A DNA stretch of 64,000 nucleotides, taken from IMG/VR virus record IMGVR_UViG_3300013830_000006, positions 31,577 to 95,576 of that record; one strand, written 5' to 3'. Both the position numbers and the translations under genes were made by a program. Under the pieces are notes generated by a model, which saw nothing but the letters and a program-made list of their open reading frames with translations, ran no database searches and was not told where the DNA came from. Shown here in pieces: positions 59,214-64,000 of this stretch. Every line of letters begins with the position of its first letter. Positions within the stretch are counted from its first letter, which is position 1. Origin of the DNA: a virus (lineage: Duplodnaviria > Caudoviricetes).

Positions 59214-60971
59214 ATGTCCAATGCGAATCACTCATGGGATGGGAAACAACTCACAGGTACTGTGAGTGGTTTCAGCGAGTATTCAACAGGCGTAAGTGAT
59301 AGTGCAGTTAAGACAGAAGTTCTTACTCCTACTTTACTGTTGAATAAAATCAAGGAGATGCAGCATTTCTTAACATTGCCTGATCTCGATCATGCCTTAA
59401 AAGTAATCTATGATCATATTCAGAAAAAAGGCAATCCTCATAGAACATCATTAAACGAATTTGTTAATTCTATTATAGACGTTCTATATACAGAATATGT
59501 CAAAAATGGCGGCGATAAAACATTAGCTCAATATACCCACAATTTATTTAAAGTACTTCACGTAGCATCAGTAGATGAGTTAGAAAAAGGAACTGATTCA
59601 ACTGCATTAGTCAGTATAGCAGGAATACGCAATATTATTCATGCTCATGAAATCGATCCTAATGCTCATCAGGAACTTATTGAAAAAATGTTTCCAGGTT
59701 CTCCTCTGAACACAGATCCAGTTTTATCTCTGATTCCAGCCATGCATATTCCTAAGGCATACATGATCAAGACTGACTCTAGTGATACGAAATATCCGTA
59801 CACTTATGTCGGTAAAGATCGGTATATTCATATAGCTAAGTATGGAGTACTGCCTACTGATTATGCATACAGAGAACCTATGGTTGCATGTTTCGGTGAA
59901 CGTACTAATGAGATAACTGATTGCTGCAATTTTGATAACAGAATTACCTATCATATTACTGCAACTGACCACACTACAGACCCTATGAATACTCTGTTTG
60001 CAACTCAGATTCGCAGTAAGGCAAGTTCAGCTGAAATTGATCATGGTTTTGCTCTTAAGAAAATAGAGTTAGAAAAAAATAAAAGTAAAACATTCAGTTT
60101 ATATGCAAGAGCTGGTACATGTAAATACCTTATTATTCAGTTCTACGATCTGACATATAAGATGAATATCAATGCTATCTTTGACATCAAAGATGGTTCA
60201 TTCATTATTCAGAATCATCACGATTGCTATAGAGCTGATATGGTCAATATCGGTCATGGTTGGTACAGATGCGAATTCACTCTGTTATCCAAGCTTGAGC
60301 AGGAAAGTACTTTAACTGTATTACTGTTCAAAGAAAAAGATCCTAAAGTACAAAACTTTAGGTTCCTTGGCGAAGAAGGTGAACATCTGGCTGATTTATT
60401 CGGTATGCAGCTTGAAGATGGTCCAAGTGCATCTCCGTTTATCTTCAGTAAGACTACTCCTGCTACCAGACATCCAGTATATCTCAAAGCAATCATTGAT
60501 ACTTCAGAATGGATAGATAAATCATTTACTCTGAATGTAGGACTTCGCAGAATAGCATCTGATCCTTATATCACAGATCGTCCTATTTGCACTGTCTATA
60601 ATGAAAATGATTTGGTCAGTGAAATAGTCTGGCGTTCTAACTCTATGGTAGAAGTAGATCACTGGTGTAAGTTAACTATGCAGGATACTACTATTACCAC
60701 TCTTATAGATCAGATAATGTTTGATAAGCAAACCAATAAATATGGTCAGATAACTGTTTCTATTGATTCAAAGAATATGCGTTGCGCATATAACAAAGTT
60801 ACTGAAGACAGAGTAACTCCTAAAAACTATTCAATAGGAAACACCATACTTGTTGGAACTGATACTGTTAATTATTTCGAAGGATATATCAATAAAGTAA
60901 TTGTTTATCCTTGCGGATGTAATACCAAGCAACTCGTGTATCTGAATGGAGATGAAATAGATGGCGATTAA
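59214..60971 (+). CDS. Putative virion fibre/spike protein with a carbohydrate-binding-like domain
   Basis: TFSLYARAG, GHGWYRC and FGMQLEDGPSASPFI...PATR pattern of phage fibre domains. Confidence 0.65.
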   Translation: MSNANHSWDGKQLTGTVSGFSEYSTGVSDSAVKTEVLTPTLLLNKIKEMQHFLTLPDLDHALKVIYDHIQKKGNPHRTSLNEFVNSIIDVLYTEYVKNGGDKTLAQYTHNLFKVLHVASVDELEKGTDSTALVSIAGIRNIIHAHEIDPNAHQELIEKMFPGSPLNTDPVLSLIPAMHIPKAYMIKTDSSDTKYPYTYVGKDRYIHIAKYGVLPTDYAYREPMVACFGERTNEITDCCNFDNRITYHITATDHTTDPMNTLFATQIRSKASSAEIDHGFALKKIELEKNKSKTFSLYARAGTCKYLIIQFYDLTYKMNINAIFDIKDGSFIIQNHHDCYRADMVNIGHGWYRCEFTLLSKLEQESTLTVLLFKEKDPKVQNFRFLGEEGEHLADLFGMQLEDGPSASPFIFSKTTPATRHPVYLKAIIDTSEWIDKSFTLNVGLRRIASDPYITDRPICTVYNENDLVSEIVWRSNSMVEVDHWCKLTMQDTTITTLIDQIMFDKQTNKYGQITVSIDSKNMRCAYNKVTEDRVTPKNYSIGNTILVGTDTVNYFEGYINKVIVYPCGCNTKQLVYLNGDEIDGD

Positions 60972-62310
60972 AAAGAATTTCCTTAGGATCACAAGTACAT
61001 GGAGTGAATTATTCACTCCCGGTGAATATGATCACTATGTTTCTGATTTATCAGGAACACCAGCATTATTTTATATTTCAGATACTCAGTTAGATCCTAC
61101 TACTATTGCCAAAGGTTGGTTTACTTTGGGTGGTAATATAGGTCAGATGAGATTATTATCTGATAAATATATTTATGCTAAAGCTGACATTGATGATCCT
61201 GCTGGATTTATAACTATAATAACTGCTCATGAACATTTACCGGTTAATGATGTTGATGATGTCAGAGATCAGGTTAATGATGTTATTGAGCAGATCATGG
61301 GATTAACTGAGCGTGTTACTACTAATACTATCAGTATAGAAGACCACGCTGTCGAATATGAACTGTTATTAAGACGGATAGCTAAACAGGATAAAGCTAA
61401 TGCTGCTAAATTCAAAGAGCATGATGAAAACTTACAGGGTATTCATGATACTCTTGATAAGCACAGAATAGAATATCTTAACTTCTTTGATGCATTTGCT
61501 CATACTACTGCTGTTATTGAGCACCACTTAACTACTGCTGACTATAACGTAGTTGATTTGTGGAATAAGCTTCATGCAGCTGAAACATTAGTTATGAAGT
61601 ACAGAGCTGACTACAAGATGTTAAGTGTAGCTATCAAGAACCTTGAAATCGGTAAAGTAACCGGTGCTGATACAAGCCAGATGACTCTCATTCAATCTGA
61701 GTTAGCTTCGCTGACTAATCAATTAGGTGAAGTATCACACGATATGGATACTATGAACTTAAGAGTCAACGTGCTTGAAAAGAATGCCGATACTGGTGAT
61801 AAATACGATTTCACAAATGATATAGCTGAAATCAATAATAAGTTTGCTTCTGTAAATAATGCATTAGCCAAATTATCAGCTCTTGATGAGAATGATGCAG
61901 TTGAAGCTACTTTCAAAGAACTCGAACCTAACTTACCTAATGATCTCAAAGAAGCAACTGCTGCTATTAAAGACCTGATTGTGAAGACTAATGATTCCAA
62001 TGATCTTGTTTCTAACCTCGATACCAAGATCGCCAATACTACTACAGTTAGCAAGCTTAATAGCAATGTTGATGCTGCTAACAGCACTCTCAAGGCACTT
62101 GTTCCGCTTACCGATACAGATGATATTGAGGCTGCATTCAACAAGCTCATTGCAACCATACCTGATGATATGAAGGCTTCTATGACTTCTCTCAAAGATA
62201 TTATTGTCAGAACCAGTAAGTCTGAGAACTTCATTAAGAATGCCAACTATCTTAAGGCTGATGATCAGTACATCGTTGATCCTGATAAAGTTAATAAAGA
62301 TAATTTATAA
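60961..62310 (+). CDS. Coiled-coil protein, putative virion component
   Basis: Long heptad region; internal repeat (FKELEPNLPNDLK/FNKLIATIPDDMK). Confidence 0.55.
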   Translation: MAIKKNFLRITSTWSELFTPGEYDHYVSDLSGTPALFYISDTQLDPTTIAKGWFTLGGNIGQMRLLSDKYIYAKADIDDPAGFITIITAHEHLPVNDVDDVRDQVNDVIEQIMGLTERVTTNTISIEDHAVEYELLLRRIAKQDKANAAKFKEHDENLQGIHDTLDKHRIEYLNFFDAFAHTTAVIEHHLTTADYNVVDLWNKLHAAETLVMKYRADYKMLSVAIKNLEIGKVTGADTSQMTLIQSELASLTNQLGEVSHDMDTMNLRVNVLEKNADTGDKYDFTNDIAEINNKFASVNNALAKLSALDENDAVEATFKELEPNLPNDLKEATAAIKDLIVKTNDSNDLVSNLDTKIANTTTVSKLNSNVDAANSTLKALVPLTDTDDIEAAFNKLIATIPDDMKASMTSLKDIIVRTSKSENFIKNANYLKADDQYIVDPDKVNKDNL

Positions 62311-62360
62311 AAATAAAAACTATCTCAGGACACTTATAGTGCCTGAGATAGTTATATGTT

Positions 62361-63431
62361 TTACATTCCAGCTGTCTTTCTGATATCCTGTAAATTCAGC
62401 ATTACATTGTGATTTACACGATATACATCATTCATAATAATTGAATACTTCTCAAATAAAAATGCCCAGGCTCTTACTATTTTAGCAAGATTATCAATAG
62501 CAGGTCTTGACATATCGCCTACATTTGGATGATCTGAGATAGTGTTGATAGTATCTTCAAGATCCTGAAGTCTGTCATGCACAGATGCTACAGCCTGCAT
62601 ATCGCTTTCAGCATCAAGCACCATATCAAGTACTTCACTTAACTCAGGTACAGATACATAGCACTTCTCAAAAGGTACTTTGGTAATAGAAGTATTGGTG
62701 GTGAAATAATGCTCAGTTTCACCAAATAATCTTTCAATATTCCTTTGATCAGAGTAATCTTTATTAGCTGCATTAACTGCCGATGCAAATGCCGAATTAC
62801 CATCTCTGATAGAATCTAATACTCGTTCAGCTGACTTTAACAAAGTCTTGGAACGTGTAGTCATATCCATCTCTTTTAAGCAGTCAGTTAATGAAGTAAA
62901 AGCGTCCTTATAAGAACCTTTCATTCCATTAGGAACATCCAGCATAAATCCATCTAACACGCCCTGATCAATATGACGGATTCGCATAATGGTCATAACG
63001 TTAGAATCGCAATACTCTTTTAACTCTGAGCGTTTAAAATCTCTCCATCCGTCGAATAATGCAGTCTTGAATAAGTTAAGAATATGTCCTAAAGTGTTGA
63101 TGATGCTTGAGAAAGTGTTCTTAATAAAACCGCCAATACTCTCTTGACCAGCGAAAAAATAATCATTAGGGTCAATCGTTAACCAGCGGCTGGGAAGATA
63201 CTGATTGATATAGTAATGCATCCCAGCTATGCGATCTTCATCTCTGTTCTTATAAACTACATTGATATCACCCTTCTGGCCATGAGTGGTATCAATGTTA
63301 ATATTAACATCAGTATCCTTAGGATAATCAGTGTTATCACGGTAGATAGTCTGAGGAACCCGATCACCGTCTTCGATAGTCGGGTTAGCTATACCCGTAT
63401 CTTCTTCGGTTGCCAAAAAATTAGAATACAT
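62361..63431 (-). CDS. Putative internal head protein with acidic propeptide
   Basis: Acidic N-terminus then AGQE-S, fitting the S/A/G-X-E prohead-protease site of phiKZ-like phages. Confidence 0.5.
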   Translation of the reverse strand: MYSNFLATEEDTGIANPTIEDGDRVPQTIYRDNTDYPKDTDVNINIDTTHGQKGDINVVYKNRDEDRIAGMHYYINQYLPSRWLTIDPNDYFFAGQESIGGFIKNTFSSIINTLGHILNLFKTALFDGWRDFKRSELKEYCDSNVMTIMRIRHIDQGVLDGFMLDVPNGMKGSYKDAFTSLTDCLKEMDMTTRSKTLLKSAERVLDSIRDGNSAFASAVNAANKDYSDQRNIERLFGETEHYFTTNTSITKVPFEKCYVSVPELSEVLDMVLDAESDMQAVASVHDRLQDLEDTINTISDHPNVGDMSRPAIDNLAKIVRAWAFLFEKYSIIMNDVYRVNHNVMLNLQDIRKTAGM

Positions 63432-63532
63432 GTATTTTACATCTCCAGTTATAGGTGCGCACCTATAGCATTACAAAAAAAAATAAATCCCCGATTTCTC
63501 GGGGATTGCTCTCTTACACTCAACTGAGCTGG

Positions 63533-63718
63533 TTATTCACCAGTCCAGTCAGTGTAGAATTTGTTATTGCGGTAAGTGCCATGGAGGACACGAACTTCAC
63601 CGCGTCCTTTAAGGACAATCAACCCAGTTTTCGGGTCTCCATCGACCCAATAAAACTGGGTCGATACATCCCAGTCGCCGAGATAAACTCGGCCCGACTT
63701 AGAGATCCTAATAAACAT
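63533..63718 (-). CDS. Small early protein (61 aa)
   Basis: AAGGAGG SD, promoter at 63813..63822, terminator hairpin ATCCCCGA/TCGGGGAT near 63487..63506. Confidence 0.7.
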   Translation of the reverse strand: MFIRISKSGRVYLGDWDVSTQFYWVDGDPKTGLIVLKGRGEVRVLHGTYRNNKFYTDWTGE

Positions 63719-63812
63719 AACGCCCTCCTTAGAGCATTACCATGCATCGGTTGATAACACAGGAACTGCAGAACACGCGCATGGTACATGTTCATCCCAA
63801 CTCTTCACCTCT

Positions 63813-63822
63813 GTTATATATA
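63813..63822 (-). promoter_or_regulatory. Early promoter-like motif TATATATAAC
   Basis: Variant of the repeated motif. Confidence 0.5.
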
Positions 63823-63857
63823 GTTGTTTTTTTTTAGCCTACACTAATAAAGTTACT

Positions 63858-64000
63858 TTAAAAAGCCGGATAGTATTCTACGCCTCTAAAATCATCATCA
63901 GACATACCTAATGAAATAGCGATAGCTGCGGCTTCAAAACTCCAATACCCACAATAGATATTCTCGTCGCTGTTAAGTGAATCAAACCACGCGTCATTAG
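63858..64000 (-). CDS. 3' end of a PoNi/DUF1911-like immunity protein (cut by the window edge)
   Basis: Manual translation NDAWFDSLNSDENIYCGYWSFEAAAIAISLGMSDDDFRGVEYYPAF* matches the GYWSFEAAA...DD...YYP signature. Confidence 0.7.
   Translation of the reverse strand, partial: NDAWFDSLNSDENIYCGYWSFEAAAIAISLGMSDDDFRGVEYYPAF

Noticed and set aside
61719-62246. 175-aa minus-strand ORF and many other short antisense ORFs
   Set aside because: Shadow frames of longer, well-supported genes on the opposite strand

Overview
AT-rich, densely coding, mostly minus-strand segment of a phiKZ-like, nucleus-forming jumbo phage (Chimalliviridae-type). It carries the conserved core block chimallin (ChmA) - non-virion RNA polymerase subunits - SbcD - ChmC-like - gp68-like - PicA-like - SF2 helicase. 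It also has an NAD-dependent DNA ligase, NrdG, a SNF2-type helicase, a RecA/UvsX-like protein, dCMP deaminase, an Rz/Rz1 spanin pair, a spike/PAAR pair and virion/tail-fibre genes. Main observations: (1) a 459-nt ORF-less group II intron (31855..32313, minus strand) splits the catalytic NxDFDGD motif of the nvRNAP beta'-like subunit, and removing it restores the frame and the motif; (2) a second, terminally trimmed chimallin paralog lies at 11863..13203; (3) five GT-A/GT8-like glycosyltransferases and a UDP-glucuronate decarboxylase are interleaved with tail-fibre genes, suggesting a virion xylosylation system; (4) several promoter-to-terminator units have no credible ORF and look like structured RNAs; (5) a PoNi/DUF1911-like immunity gene is cut by the window end. 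phiKZ gp-number assignments rest on recalled motifs and synteny, not on database searches.
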